A stretch of 63,447 bases of DNA, the filler included, from Salisapilia sapeloensis CBS 127946 (lineage: Eukaryota; Protista; Oomycota), in NCBI GenBank assembly GCA_023334545.1. It is 12 parts of 12 records of this genome, joined end to end, with 100 filler letters (N's around TTAATTAATTAA, not from the genome) between each part and the next. Parts side by side here need not be neighbours in the genome. Positions count along the whole stretch, not along the records: positions 16,025 to 40,706 come from JAADVB010000259.1; positions 40,807 to 45,085 come from JAADVB010000680.1; positions 45,186 to 46,635 come from JAADVB010001143.1; 9 more parts are not named here. One strand, given 5' to 3'. The position numbers were made by a program, and so were the translations under genes. Each line of letters starts with the position of its first letter. The stretch's first letter is position 1. Below are positions 35,338 through 46,735 of this stretch, one piece after another. The notes under the pieces are model-generated. The model searched no databases. It was not told where the DNA came from and was given only the letters and a program-made list of their open reading frames with translations.

Positions 35338-38300
35338 ATGCCGCCGAAAGAGGTTTCCACGGACTCGAAGAACTCGACGCCAGAGGCCGAGGTGCTCGGG
35401 CTGAACGTCGGGACGAAATGCTATCTAGCAGACGACAAAGAGGTGTGGCTCCAAGTGCGTGTCGAAGAAGTTGACTGGGACGCCAAGACCGCCGTCTTAT
35501 GCAACCAGAATGATGATACGGACCGACGGACGATTCCTCTGGATCAAGCAGCAGCCCTGCCGCTTCAGAATACGTCGATGCTTAATCAAGAGTCTGATAG
35601 TCCTCGAGCCGGCGTAGACGACCTCATTGAGCTGAATCATCTTCACGAAGCTGCGATCCTGTACAACCTGAAAGAACGATTTCATTGTCAAACACCGTAC
35701 ACATATACGGGCGATATCTGTCTCGCCGTGAATCCATACCAATGGCTTGAACATTTGTACTCGAAGGACATGCATGAAAAGTATTTGAGTGCGAAAAAGA
35801 GTAAAGACTTGCCTCCTCACATCTACGCCATGTCCGTCGACTCGTACAAGCGACTGTGTGACGATGGACAGAACCAGAGTATCCTCGTAAGTGGTGAATC
35901 TGGCGCTGGGAAGACTGAAACGACTAAACTCTTGATGGATCACGTCGCGTCCATCGCCGGAGGCATGAACAACGCCACGATCAAACGTATCGTAGAAGCG
36001 AATCCGTTGCTCGAGTCCTTTGGAAATGCCAAAACCGTCCGCAACGATAACAGTAGTCGCTTTGGTAAGTTCACGCAGCTCCAATTCGATGACAACTTTA
36101 CCCTGTGTGGAGCACAGTGCGAGACATACCTCTTGGAGAAAACGCGAGTGGTCTCACAAGAGCCAGGAGAGCGTAATTACCATATCTTCTATCAACTATT
36201 CCGAGGCGCGACAGATGAAGAGCGTCAGAAGTATGGTCTGGACGGACGAGAGCCTTCCTCTTTCACTTATTTACTGCCGAAAGCTCCTTCCAAACCAAAG
36301 AAAAAGGGTCAGCCGCCTCCACCACCAACGGAGGACGCAAAGCTTATTGCACGAGACGGGAAGAACTTGGATAAAACGAAGAAAGCATTAGGTCTATTAA
36401 ATCTATCAGAAGAGCAGCAAAGCGCGATCTTTGAGACGATCGCTGGTATCCTCCACCTCGGTCAGATCGAATTTGTGGCCAATGAGGACGATGATGAAGC
36501 GAGTCATTTGGTCGAGTCGTCGGCCCAAGTGTCTGGAATGCTTCTTGGGCTCGATATATCTGCCATGAACAAGGCTCTAAGCACTCGAACGATGAAAGCC
36601 GGTGGTGAAGTCTACGCTGTGCCATTGGATGCAAGTAAAGCCGAGTCGTGCCGAGACGCATTAGCCAAGGCCGTGTACGCGAATTTGTTCGACTGGATGG
36701 TCGAGCTGATTAACGAGAGCCTTGGTGCCTCAGGAGAGGCACGAGGAACGATCGGTGTACTAGATATCTTTGGCTTTGAGTCCTTTGAACATAATTCGTT
36801 CGAGCAGTTGTGTATCAATTACGCGAATGAAAAGCTCCAGCAGAAATTCACACAAGATGTCTTTCGTGCCGTGCAGGAAGAGTATGAAAATGAAAAGATC
36901 ACGTGGGCACACATTACGTACCCAGATAACACTGAGGTACTTGCACTCATTGAAGGTCGCATGGGAGTCATATCGTTATTGAACGAAGAGATTGTACGTC
37001 CGAAAGGCAATGCTGAAGGCTTTGTCAGCAAATTATCTAGCAGTAACAGTCAGAGGAAGTCAGTCATCGCTTTCCCACGTATCTCCAGGACTCAATTCAC
37101 TATCCATCACTACGCTGCAGCAGTTACGTACGAAGCGGACGGGTTCCTAGAGAAGCATAAAGACGCATTGTTCCCAGACTTGTCCAACCTCATGCTCGAT
37201 AGCTCGCACGAGTTCGTGTGTCAAGTTTTCAAACGTAAAGTGCTGATAGCAAAGCAAGCAGAAGCAGTAGCGGCCATGTCTGGGTCCAAAGGATCGCGCG
37301 CAAAGAATGATGCGGCTGGAAGCACCGTCGGATCGCAGTTCAAGACGTCATTGAACAAACTCATGGAAACGATCAACGATACTGGCGTGAGCTACATTCG
37401 ATGCATCAAGCCTAACAGTTCCAAGAGTGCAGAAGCGTTTGAGCTCAAAATGGTAGTGGATCAACTACGCTGTGCTGGTGTCATTGAAGCCATCCAAATC
37501 GCTCGCGCTGGATACCCGAATCGTCTACGTCATGCTGAATTCGCTAGTGAATTCGACATCTTCCTCTCCGATCAACAGATCGAAGAAAGTAGTGCTGATG
37601 CCAATTGTCAATTTCTCGTGAAACAATTCAAACTCCAGACGCCAGAAGAGTATCAAATGGGTGTTTCCAAGATCTACCTCCAGAAAGGAGTATTAGAACG
37701 TGTGCAGCATATCAAGGCACAGAAACTCTTCGCCTATGCCGCAAGTATTCAGAGTCGATGGAGAGGTATCGACGGTCGTCAGATTGCTCGAGAACGGTAT
37801 GCGGCGTTGCTCTTACTACAAGAACACTGTCGAGTGTTTGCAGCTATGATCAAATTCTGGAGACAGAAGCGAGCTGTTCGAGCGATACAACGACTGTATC
37901 GTGGTCATCAGGGACGCAAACTCTACTTTGCTGCCTTGTGTCAGCTCAAAGCACTTCAGATCCAACGCGTGTGGCGAGGACGCGTCGGTCGAAAGCTCTA
38001 CTTTGCCTTCTTGTGCGACGTCCGAGCACGCAAAATCCAACGCGTCTGGCGTGGTCATGTCGGTCGACAGCGTTTCCACACGTTTTTGTGTGAAGCCAAG
38101 GCTCTGGAGCTCCAACGTGTTTGGAGAGGACATGTTGGACGGCAGATTTGCCATGAAGCACGAAGACAACGATCAGCAACCACGATCCAAGCCATGGTGC
38201 GCTGTCTACTGGCTAAAGCCGAGTTAAAGAGGAGGATCGTAGCCCATGAAGAGGAAGTAGAGCGACAGCGACTGCTAGAAATCCAAAGACAGGAAGAAGC

Positions 38301-40002
38301 CAAGGCGGAGGAGCAACGACAGCGTAAACAACGAGCGCTGGAGATGCGCAAAAGGCGAGAGAATGGAGCGACGACCGTTCAGCGGTACGTTCGAGGCTAC
38401 CTTGGTCGGTGCAGATTCCAGCGGATCCTCGAGGAAGAGAGAGCGGAACAACAGCGGCTCCTAGAGTTCCAACGGATCAAGGAAGATATGTGTGCAGTGT
38501 TTATCCAATCAGCTGCGAGAGGTTTCCTCACGCGAAAGCATGTCTCTTTGGATGAACTCCGCTTTGAGCGTAATTCCAAGGCTGCTTTAGTCATTCAGAC
38601 GACCACAAGAGTCTTTATGGCTCGACTGTATGTCTCTCGATTGCGTCAAGAGCGCATGATGCAGACAGCAGCGTCAACAGTCATCCAGTCTGTTGTACGC
38701 GGCTGCATCGCTCGGAAGCAAGTCGCAGCTATTCATGAGCAGTTGAGAGTACAATCGAATGCAGCAACGATGGTGCAAAAGACGATTCGAGGGAAGTTAG
38801 CTAGAAAGCGATATGCTATCTTGAAAGAGCATTGGAACCTCGAACGTGGCATGACACTGCTTCAAGCTGTTGTAAGAGGAAAGATCGAGCGAAGGCGGTA
38901 CGAGCATTTGCGTCAAGCTATCATTGCGAGCATTGCCGTTCAGAAGATCGTTCGTGGGTGGCTTGCTCGACGACAACTCCAGAAACTGCGGATGGACAAG
39001 GAGAATATGGAGGAGCGAGCAGTCATTTACTTGCAGTCCATTGCTCGTGGGTATTTGGCCCGTACAGCCTTTGCTACCATGATGCAACAAAAGATAGAGA
39101 TTGATGCTGTCGTGCTTATTCAAGCAGTTGGTCGTCGATATTTGGCGCGTACAGCATTTGTTGTTATGGTACAAGAAAGGATGAAGAATGATTCCATTGT
39201 ACTTATGCAAGCAGTCGTTCGTGGCTACTTAGCCCGTACAGCCTTCGCTACCATGATGCAACAAATGAACAAAGATAACTCCGTCGTGCGTATGCAAGCG
39301 GTCGTTCGTGGATTCTTGGCTCGTACCAAGGTTGCTGGTATGGTCCAAGAGAGAATTGAAGACGATGCGATTGTGCTCATGCAAGCAGTGGGTCGTGGGT
39401 ACTTGGCAAGGGTCAAGTTTACTGGTATGGTACAAGACAGGATTAAGAACGATGCTGCTGTGCTTATGCAGGCGGTGGTTCGCTCGTATCTCGCTCGAAA
39501 GCATGCTTCAGCCATGATGACAACCGTCGTATCGAAAGAGGAGGTCGAGATGGAGCGTAATCGACTAGAGGAAGAGCGTAATCGATTAATCGATCAATAC
39601 CAACAGCTTGTCGACGCAAACGCCAAGCTAGAGGAGATGATAGATATGTGGGATGAAGACACGAACAAGCAGCTCGAGTCGTTCCGAGAGCGAGAGCAAA
39701 GTGCCAAGGAAATGATCGATCTTCGAGAGTCTCGACTCCAATCCATTCGTCAGCAACACACTCATCTAAGCGAGTATCTGAACAAGAATAGCATCGGTTC
39801 GACGGATCGTGAGAGCTCCACTTCGGACCCGGAACGACAGACGATAAAAGAGAATGCCGATCCAAACGAACCGGAAGCGCCGAAGAAATCAAAGCAGGGC
39901 ATGGGCTCTGTCATGAAGAGCGCTAGGAACTGGTGGAGAGGAAGCTCCAAAGCTCCAAAGAAGGTTAATGATGAAGATGATGTTCGCCGGGACCTTTTGT
40001 AG
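35338..40002 (+). CDS. Myosin heavy chain with about 20 IQ motifs and a short coiled-coil tail
   Basis: GESGAGKTE, EANPLLESFGNAKTVRNDNSSRFGK, LDIFGFE and YIRCIKPN, followed by a long IQxxxRGxxxR array; single 1554-aa ORF. Confidence 0.96.
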   Translation: MPPKEVSTDSKNSTPEAEVLGLNVGTKCYLADDKEVWLQVRVEEVDWDAKTAVLCNQNDDTDRRTIPLDQAAALPLQNTSMLNQESDSPRAGVDDLIELNHLHEAAILYNLKERFHCQTPYTYTGDICLAVNPYQWLEHLYSKDMHEKYLSAKKSKDLPPHIYAMSVDSYKRLCDDGQNQSILVSGESGAGKTETTKLLMDHVASIAGGMNNATIKRIVEANPLLESFGNAKTVRNDNSSRFGKFTQLQFDDNFTLCGAQCETYLLEKTRVVSQEPGERNYHIFYQLFRGATDEERQKYGLDGREPSSFTYLLPKAPSKPKKKGQPPPPPTEDAKLIARDGKNLDKTKKALGLLNLSEEQQSAIFETIAGILHLGQIEFVANEDDDEASHLVESSAQVSGMLLGLDISAMNKALSTRTMKAGGEVYAVPLDASKAESCRDALAKAVYANLFDWMVELINESLGASGEARGTIGVLDIFGFESFEHNSFEQLCINYANEKLQQKFTQDVFRAVQEEYENEKITWAHITYPDNTEVLALIEGRMGVISLLNEEIVRPKGNAEGFVSKLSSSNSQRKSVIAFPRISRTQFTIHHYAAAVTYEADGFLEKHKDALFPDLSNLMLDSSHEFVCQVFKRKVLIAKQAEAVAAMSGSKGSRAKNDAAGSTVGSQFKTSLNKLMETINDTGVSYIRCIKPNSSKSAEAFELKMVVDQLRCAGVIEAIQIARAGYPNRLRHAEFASEFDIFLSDQQIEESSADANCQFLVKQFKLQTPEEYQMGVSKIYLQKGVLERVQHIKAQKLFAYAASIQSRWRGIDGRQIARERYAALLLLQEHCRVFAAMIKFWRQKRAVRAIQRLYRGHQGRKLYFAALCQLKALQIQRVWRGRVGRKLYFAFLCDVRARKIQRVWRGHVGRQRFHTFLCEAKALELQRVWRGHVGRQICHEARRQRSATTIQAMVRCLLAKAELKRRIVAHEEEVERQRLLEIQRQEEAKAEEQRQRKQRALEMRKRRENGATTVQRYVRGYLGRCRFQRILEEERAEQQRLLEFQRIKEDMCAVFIQSAARGFLTRKHVSLDELRFERNSKAALVIQTTTRVFMARLYVSRLRQERMMQTAASTVIQSVVRGCIARKQVAAIHEQLRVQSNAATMVQKTIRGKLARKRYAILKEHWNLERGMTLLQAVVRGKIERRRYEHLRQAIIASIAVQKIVRGWLARRQLQKLRMDKENMEERAVIYLQSIARGYLARTAFATMMQQKIEIDAVVLIQAVGRRYLARTAFVVMVQERMKNDSIVLMQAVVRGYLARTAFATMMQQMNKDNSVVRMQAVVRGFLARTKVAGMVQERIEDDAIVLMQAVGRGYLARVKFTGMVQDRIKNDAAVLMQAVVRSYLARKHASAMMTTVVSKEEVEMERNRLEEERNRLIDQYQQLVDANAKLEEMIDMWDEDTNKQLESFREREQSAKEMIDLRESRLQSIRQQHTHLSEYLNKNSIGSTDRESSTSDPERQTIKENADPNEPEAPKKSKQGMGSVMKSARNWWRGSSKAPKKVNDEDDVRRDLL
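37885..38160 (+). repeat. Four 75-bp coding tandem repeats (IQ motifs)
   Basis: (I/L)QR(L/V)(Y/W)RG units start at 37885, 37960, 38035 and 38110. Confidence 0.85.
39019..39500 (+). repeat. Six 87-bp coding tandem repeats (IQ motifs)
   Basis: 29-aa units of the form A(V/I)V(L/Y)(M/L)QAV(V/G)RGYLART..., starting at 39019, 39106 and onward. Confidence 0.85.
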
Positions 40003-40080
40003 ATGTACAATGCATCCTAAATTTAGTCATGAATCGGAGAAGATAAAGAATGAACTCCCTTTTTGTTTATGCAGCTAACT

Positions 40081-40380
40081 TTATGTGTTCATATTTATCA
40101 GCAACCTCTTTCGTCCGCTCTCGATGAGTTGGTAAATCGACGTGACTACGATCAAGGCAATCGTGAAGTCCCATGCTCCATATATGTCATCATTTACTCC
40201 GCACACATCCAATAGCCACGCGAATTTATTAAAGAGACCACCGTAGAAACGAACAAAATGTCCAGGATAGCTCTTAATAAACCTTTGCGTCTGTCGAACA
40301 AAGTCGTCGACCACCTCGGAGTTATCAAGCCAAATCAACGTAGAAACAACTACAAGTAGACCAATAGCTTGAATCTGCAT
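40081..40380 (-). CDS. Small hypothetical membrane protein
   Basis: MQIQAIGLLVVVSTLIW...WDFTIALIVVTSIYQLI has two hydrophobic segments; the start and any upstream exons are uncertain. Confidence 0.35.
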   Translation of the reverse strand: MQIQAIGLLVVVSTLIWLDNSEVVDDFVRQTQRFIKSYPGHFVRFYGGLFNKFAWLLDVCGVNDDIYGAWDFTIALIVVTSIYQLIESGRKRLLINMNT

Positions 40381-40706
40381 CTTGTATCCACGCATATCAG
40401 TCGAGGAGTAGGTGGCGAGAATAGATGGATGCATCTGTTATATATATCTCGACTTGTAGACTCGTAGACTTGTGTAAAGGTAGATGTAGACTCCGACAGC
40501 GCTCGGAAGTTTTGTGCTGGGCAAAGCACGCAACTTTGGTCCACACAAAGTCTCTGAAAAGCCGTCGTGTTGTCCCGATTCGTGCGCATTTAGCGAAAAG
40601 TATCCGTACATAGACGATGGTGCGACGACCACGATCTGATTTCGGTGACTCTTCAAGATACTATCCGTAGACGCTCGAGGTTTCTATGACCGCCCAAGAT
40701 ACTATC

Positions 40707-40806
40707 NNNNNNNNNNNNNNNNNNNNNNNNNNNNNNNNNNNNNNNNNNNNTTAATTAATTAANNNNNNNNNNNNNNNNNNNNNNNNNNNNNNNNNNNNNN
40801 NNNNNN
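40707..40806. other. Artificial contig linker
   Basis: N44-TTAATTAATTAA-N44. Confidence 0.97.
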
Positions 40807-40979
40807 CGATTTTCCTCCGAAGGCGATGACGCGGGTTTAGCCGTCGGGTTCACATCGTCCGCGACCACTTTATCCCACTCCCCTTGCTCGACTTGAGTTT
40901 TAAAGTTTACAGCGTTTGCCGCACTTGTAAGGAAGATGAAACACAAGATACACGAGATTACCGGAAGAGCAGATCGCAT
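40807..40979 (-). CDS. N-terminus of a putative secreted protein, 3' truncated
   Basis: MRSALPVISCILCFIFLTSAANA-VNFKTQ... looks like a signal peptide with an A-x-A cleavage site; runs into the linker. Confidence 0.55.
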
Positions 40980-41209
40980 TCTCGCTTGATCAGTTGATAG
41001 GAGCTTGGAGATATTTTGTGTCCGATGAGAGAGTATGGAAGTGACTGTCCGGCACACTTGTCTAATCATGAGGAGTGCCATCCCAGGTCATGCATACATC
41101 CTGCAGAAACTTGATTTCATCTGATTGCCGGTTGATAGTGACCAAGGTTATGATTCACCCGGTTGCAATCGGACGGCCTTACTAGATTTCCATTCGTGCG
41201 CTACAGGAA

Positions 41210-41680
41210 TCAAGAGGCTTTCATGTGCGTCTGGTATGAATTCTGGTGTGCGATGCACGAAGAGCCGGCGACTTGGTTGATAGTCGTGTCGAACGAGGAA
41301 CTTTGGTGTGAACGCAGGGCCTTTCGCTGCATACGTCTACTTGATTTCTTTTCCATTGCAGCTACTTTTCGTTTATAAATCGAGTTGAGATCGTCAGTAG
41401 TGAATAGATTAGAGATCGCTACTGTGATAGCGAGTCCTACGTAAGGCTTAGAATTCCCCAATGCCTTTTATTCCTTTTGAAAGTAAGCCACGTAGACGTC
41501 TATAAGCGTACTATATTTAAAGCCAAACGCCTTCTGGGTCTGAAAGTCTGTAGCCACAAGCAAATCTTTGAATAAGCAGGTGCAAATGAGTATTCTCACT
41601 TCCACTTCGATGTCGACCGCCGATGCAAGCAACTTCCTGATCCAAGCACTGCATGCATTATTCATAGGTACCTTCACCAT
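41210..41680 (-). pseudogene. Coding-like frame interrupted by one stop
   Basis: ORFs 41468..41680 and 41210..41461 are in the same frame and are separated by a single TAA (41468-41470). Confidence 0.25.
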
Positions 41681-43835
41681 AGCCGACTACTAAAGTTTAT
41701 CAGGATAGCTTGAACAAGGAAGAGGTTGGTAGCTTGTATATATTTCTTATTGGAAGACTTTCTACCTACTTTGAACGAGTCGTCAACTCCGAAAGCCTTT
41801 AACTTCCACACCACCTATCGTCTCATCGGAGGCCCATATTCAGTGAATGCACTTGTCGATTTGCCTGCAGTGAGTAGACCCGTCAATAGACAACTGAGTC
41901 GTCCCAAGCCATGATGTGTGACGCCTGAAAGCTAGAGACTGAACAAGGCTCCAGCCTTTTGGTTCTGGAATAACCTATGCGAAGGAGGCGACTTGCTAGG
42001 TACTTGTTGAGTCTACGAAGTGGGTAGAATAGTACACGCATTTGCTCTTTATGCAGAAATAAACGGAAGACGGGTCCAAACGTAAGGAAGTAAAGAAGAA
42101 ATACAGCTTTCCATTAAATATTCGGACGCTAGATTCCACGAGGTGATGACGAGTATTGGCATAGTTGACCTCAGACAGAGGAGTTACCACGGGAATCCAA
42201 TCCCGACCCGCAAATGCCCCGATGCAGTATCCGCGCCCGATCCCTCCGTAAAGGATGGCACGGGCATATTTGGAATTTTCGTACTGCCCTCGAAGGACTG
42301 CCCCACTGTCTGCAGATAGCGTAGGCCTTGTACGGCCCCGATTTCTTCGACCGAGGCATTTCCAAAGTTGGCGATCACGCCAAGGCCAGAACCGAGAGTA
42401 TGAATAAATCCAATCCGAACATTCTTCCTTCGAGTACCTGCTGGGAACTTGGAGAGGGCGTAGCGTTGGACTTCGAGAGTTTGGAAATGAGTGTCCAGTG
42501 CAGGCGAGTGCGCGTGTGAAGTGCAGTCCTGGATCGGAGGTAATATTGATTTCCTGGTAATCTACGCTTGGCAAGTGGAGGGACGTCTTCCGACCGCTGT
42601 TGCTTCCTGGTGGTTGCTTTAGTAGATTTTCAAGGAATCAACAACGGTTTGTGTCGAAGAGAAAGTATATAGAGACATGAGGATACATCAACCTTGCCGT
42701 GGAGATCTATCCGGCGAACCGTAATCGGAGGACTATTCTAGATTTCCATGTCGAGATTGCAGGATCGAGGCGACTTTGGAGGCACATCCGTTAGATTTCC
42801 AGCATGTGCCACGCTGAAGAAAAGATCCCGACTCGGCTCGCAGTGATGTGGACGAGACACCTGGGCGCGCACGTAGGTTCTGTTTTATGGTAGGTTTCTA
42901 CTGGATGTCGAGGATATGCGTAGAACTGGACGCCATCATCCACCACATGTGTACGGTTTTATTCGTATAGGAGGATAAGAAAGGAACGAGATGAAGAAGA
43001 GAGAGGGAGATATGGATCCTCATCACGTATGCGTTTATTCTGAGTCTAGTCGGAGAGGTGGAAGAGAGAGATGGCTGGCTCACCACGAGGTTGAAGCAGA
43101 GGCTGAATCAGACGCGACTGACGTGACTGGTGACAGGGCTTCAGGCGAAAGAGCAGTTCGAAGCAGAACGAGTGTAGGATTCGGTAGGAGCGCGGCAAAG
43201 GGTTCGGATCAGCAGTGACAGCTTCAAGCAGCTGCCGGGTTTTAAAGCGCCCGGACCTGGGTTTCTACCGAGTGCGGAGGTGCTCTTCCAGAGGGGTCGG
43301 AGATTAGAAAAAGAACCCACGTCGAGTATGCAACGACGCCGCGTCCATCCGTTGATCGGACGAAGCGAGCGCGGACGGAGAAAGCGGGCAGTCGCGGCGT
43401 GACAAAGACTTTCGGGGGTACAGAATCCGACGTGGAGGTCCATTCTATGTGTTTTTGAAGCGATCGGACGGCCAAGTTACTACTTGGTCCGGAAAAGTAG
43501 CAATGTCGAGTCCGAGGCAAGTGTCGATCCACCGAGATGGAAAGCTGAAGTTGACATGAGCCAGGGTACGGATGTAGTCCGTTGGATGGGCACCGAGCAG
43601 CCTTCTTCGGAAGCGGTGTCCATCTATTGTGCTGCTGTTCCGCGCGCGGAAAAGGACGGTAGCACCACGATGGACACCTGTGTCACCCAATCTCCCGCGA
43701 ACCTCCATCGACAGCTCGTACCGACACATAATGAAACCAAGCCATTTCCTCCACGCCACCCACGCGACTCCGGTCATCCGATTGACGCCCATCTGGTTGA
43801 ACTGCGGTGCGGAGCCGTTCCGCCGGCGTCTCCGT

Positions 43836-43849
43836 TCATTCTCCAATCC
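43836..43849 (+). promoter_or_regulatory. INR+FPR-like core promoter of the sugar transporter
   Basis: TCATTCTCCAATCC, about 55-68 bp upstream of ATG 43904. Confidence 0.55.
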
Positions 43850-43870
43850 GCCTCGCATCGCACAGGACTT

Positions 43871-43888
43871 CTCTCTCTCTCTCTCTCT
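43871..43888 (+). repeat. (CT)9 microsatellite in the presumed 5' UTR
   Basis: Read directly; lies between the INR-like motif and the ATG. Confidence 0.9.
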
Positions 43889-43903
43889 ACTGTCGATTGC
43901 AGC

Positions 43904-45085
43904 ATGAGTGAGCACGCCAAGACGCCCGAGCAGATTCGTGCGGACGAGCCTCCGACGGAGGGCAAGCGGACGTATGCCATCGTGGTGTGCCTCTTCGCGT
44001 CGCTCGGCGGCCTCTTCTTCGGGTACGACCAGGGTGTCACGAGCGCCGTTCTTGTCATGGAAGGGTTCATCAGCGACTTTTGCATCGGCTACGGAGGCAA
44101 CACGGAAGAACAGTGCCACTACACGGCGTCCAATCTGCCGACCAACTGGATCGACTTCCAGCTCTACTATAACTTGATCTACAACTGCGGCTGCGTCGTC
44201 GGCTCCATCCTCGGCGGCTACGTGGCCGACAAGTTCGGTCGCCGCGCTACCATCTTCCAGGCCGGCGTCCTCTTCTGCATCGGCACGTTCTGGCTCGGCT
44301 TCAACCCTGCGCACGAGCACGCTTCTCTCCTGTGCTCCCGCTTCGTCGCCGGTCTCGGTGTCGGTAACTCGTCCTTCTCCCTCCCGCTCTTTGGGTCCGA
44401 GATGGCTCCCAAGGAACTCCGAGGCGTTCTGTCCGGCTTCATGCAGATGACGGTCGTCACGGGCATCCTGCTGGCCAACGGCATCAACGAGGGCGTCCAC
44501 GAAATCGACATCGGCTGGCGTATCACCAACCTCGTGGCGTGCCTCCCTCCGATCGTGGTCCTGGCAGGCATCTGGTTCGTGCCGGAGTCTCCGCGTTGGA
44601 TGTACAAGTACAAGGGCCGAGAGCAGGCTCTGGCGACGCTGCAAAAGGTGCGTCAGACGGAGAACGTGCACTTTGAGCTGGACGTCATCGGCCAACAGAT
44701 TGAAGATGAGGAGAACACGGCGTCGTGGAAGGAGCTCTTGGAGCCGTCCATCCTCAAGCGTGTTCTTATTGCCATGGGTCTCCAGGTGCTGCAGCAGGCG
44801 ACGGGCATCAACCCCATGTTCACGTACGGCGGCGTCATCTTCAAGGACGTGGTCGGCGACGGCGTCCTCTCCGTCCTGATTGTGTCCATTGTCAACTTCG
44901 TGTCGACCATCCCGGCCATGTTCTGGGTGGATCGCGTGGGTCGCCGAAAGCTGCTCTTGATCGGCGGTGTTGGCATGATCATCGGACACTTGATCGGTGC
45001 TATCACGTTCACGGTCGGATGCGATGGTAATACCGATGATTCTGGTTGCGGCAAGACAAACGGCAGCATCATCCTCGTCGGCACG
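43904..45085 (+). CDS. MFS sugar porter (hexose transporter), 3' truncated
   Basis: ASLGGLFFGYDQG, ADKFGRR, GSEMAPKELRG, PESPRW, QQATGIN and VDRVGRRKLL; start taken as MSEHAK at 43904. Confidence 0.95.
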
Positions 45086-45185
45086 NNNNNNNNNNNNNNN
45101 NNNNNNNNNNNNNNNNNNNNNNNNNNNNNTTAATTAATTAANNNNNNNNNNNNNNNNNNNNNNNNNNNNNNNNNNNNNNNNNNNN
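45086..45185. other. Artificial contig linker
   Basis: N44-TTAATTAATTAA-N44. Confidence 0.97.
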
Positions 45186-46635
45186 AGCAGGGAATCCGTT
45201 GAGGAGAATGTCTCCCTTGATAGTACCTCCTGTCTTTCTTCCAGCAATGACATCCATCAACGTCGTCTTACCAGCTCCAGAGGATCCCATGAGCGCCGTC
45301 ATGGATCCAGGAGCTGCGTAACCAGTGATTCCCTTAAGAAGATCGATGGGTTCAGTAGACCTTCCGTGCTTCTTGGGACCAGGCACGCTGTACCAAAGGT
45401 CTTTGAATGCCACCGTAACCGGTGTATACATCTTTTCACGCTTAGTATCGACACGAATGGCATGCTCATCATTGCCTGATCTGATCTGATCATGGCCGCG
45501 AGGTGTCTGGACCATAGCGTACCCATCATGCTCTTGTCCATCAGACGACGTATCGCTATCAGCGCCAGAAGCCATCTTCTTCGGGGGTCCGACCGAAATG
45601 TTCAATGGCTTTTGGTGACGGTAGTTCTCTAGGATCAAGTACGCGAGGAAGGAGAAGATGACGTAGCAAGCTGCCATGTAGATGACACCAAGCCACACCC
45701 AGTTCTTGTTCGACGGAATGCTGTACAGACTCAGCGAGTACTCGCCCATCGTCATGCCATCATGCTTATCACAGTAGTTCGTACCTCCAACCACACAACG
45801 ATCAAACTCGTCGCTACGGTACTGACTGACCATAATACTACGCAGTGTCCATGAGATTGGATCGAGCCAGTAGACCCAGATGAGCCAGTCTGGGAGCTTT
45901 CCTCGTGGAACGATGAAGCCAGCAAAGACGATGAAGATTTGCACGGCAACCATTGAGAACGGCTTTGCTTCGTACAATGTACGTACGAGGCACGAGAGCA
46001 GAAGGAAGAAAGATAAAAAGACCAACATGCCGAGCATGAGAAAGACTTCGAAGATGAAGAAGTGCCCTGCTGTGCCGACTAAACCAGTCATCCAGTAGAC
46101 GATCACGACGAAGACGATACTTTCGACGAATGCCATGGGAATGAGACTTAGACTCGCGGAGATGACATATGACGACGTACGGTAGAAATTTGCCGCTCGC
46201 TGCTTGTAGAAAACGTCTCGAGCGGTGTAGAAGACGGGTGTCATGGCTGCTTGACCTAGGCCAAGGAATAGTGCAGCAGCAAAGACGACTCCCAAGACTA
46301 CTTGCGTGTTTTCCATGTCGACGTTAAAGAAGAGACTGCCGTAGATGAGACCCATGACGATCACAAGGATACTACGACTGCGGATGAATGGCTTGTTGCG
46401 CATGAGCACGAGCATCTGACGCTTCATAACTGTCCATGTGCCAGGGAAGAAGCCTTGGTGGAACTCGGATGCTGAGTCCATGTGCTCTTCGGCAATACGA
46501 AGCAGGCTATCGTCTACAGGTTTCTGCAATTCCGACATCATCGACTTGTAGATGGGCGAACCACGGAAGTACTCGGCGTAGACCGATGCGTCCTTCGGTG
46601 GAGTGGAAACCTCGGGCGACAGAGGCGTAATCTCG
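45186..46635 (-). CDS. Pleiotropic drug resistance (ABCG/PDR) transporter, internal fragment (TMD1 and start of NBD2)
   Basis: The frame is open across the whole contig: [37 protein letters not shown] and [28 protein letters not shown]. Confidence 0.95.
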
Positions 46636-46735
46636 NNNNNNNNNNNNNNNNNNNNNNNNNNNNNNNNNNNNNNNNNNNNTTAATTAATTAANNNNNNNNN
46701 NNNNNNNNNNNNNNNNNNNNNNNNNNNNNNNNNNN
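46636..46735. other. Artificial contig linker
   Basis: N44-TTAATTAATTAA-N44. Confidence 0.97.

Noticed and set aside
40807-40979. RxLR or Crinkler effector
   Set aside because: A signal peptide is present, but there is no RxLR-dEER or LFLAK in the visible part; none was seen elsewhere in the window.
41996-42574. 192-aa minus-strand ORF
   Set aside because: Non-ATG start and no recognisable domain; left unassigned.
43484-43903. 140-aa N-terminal extension of the sugar transporter
   Set aside because: The INR+FPR motif at 43836 and the (CT)9 tract lie inside it, favouring ATG 43904.
43445-44989. 514-aa antisense ORF over the sugar transporter
   Set aside because: Typical shadow frame of a gene with high GC3; no recognisable motifs.
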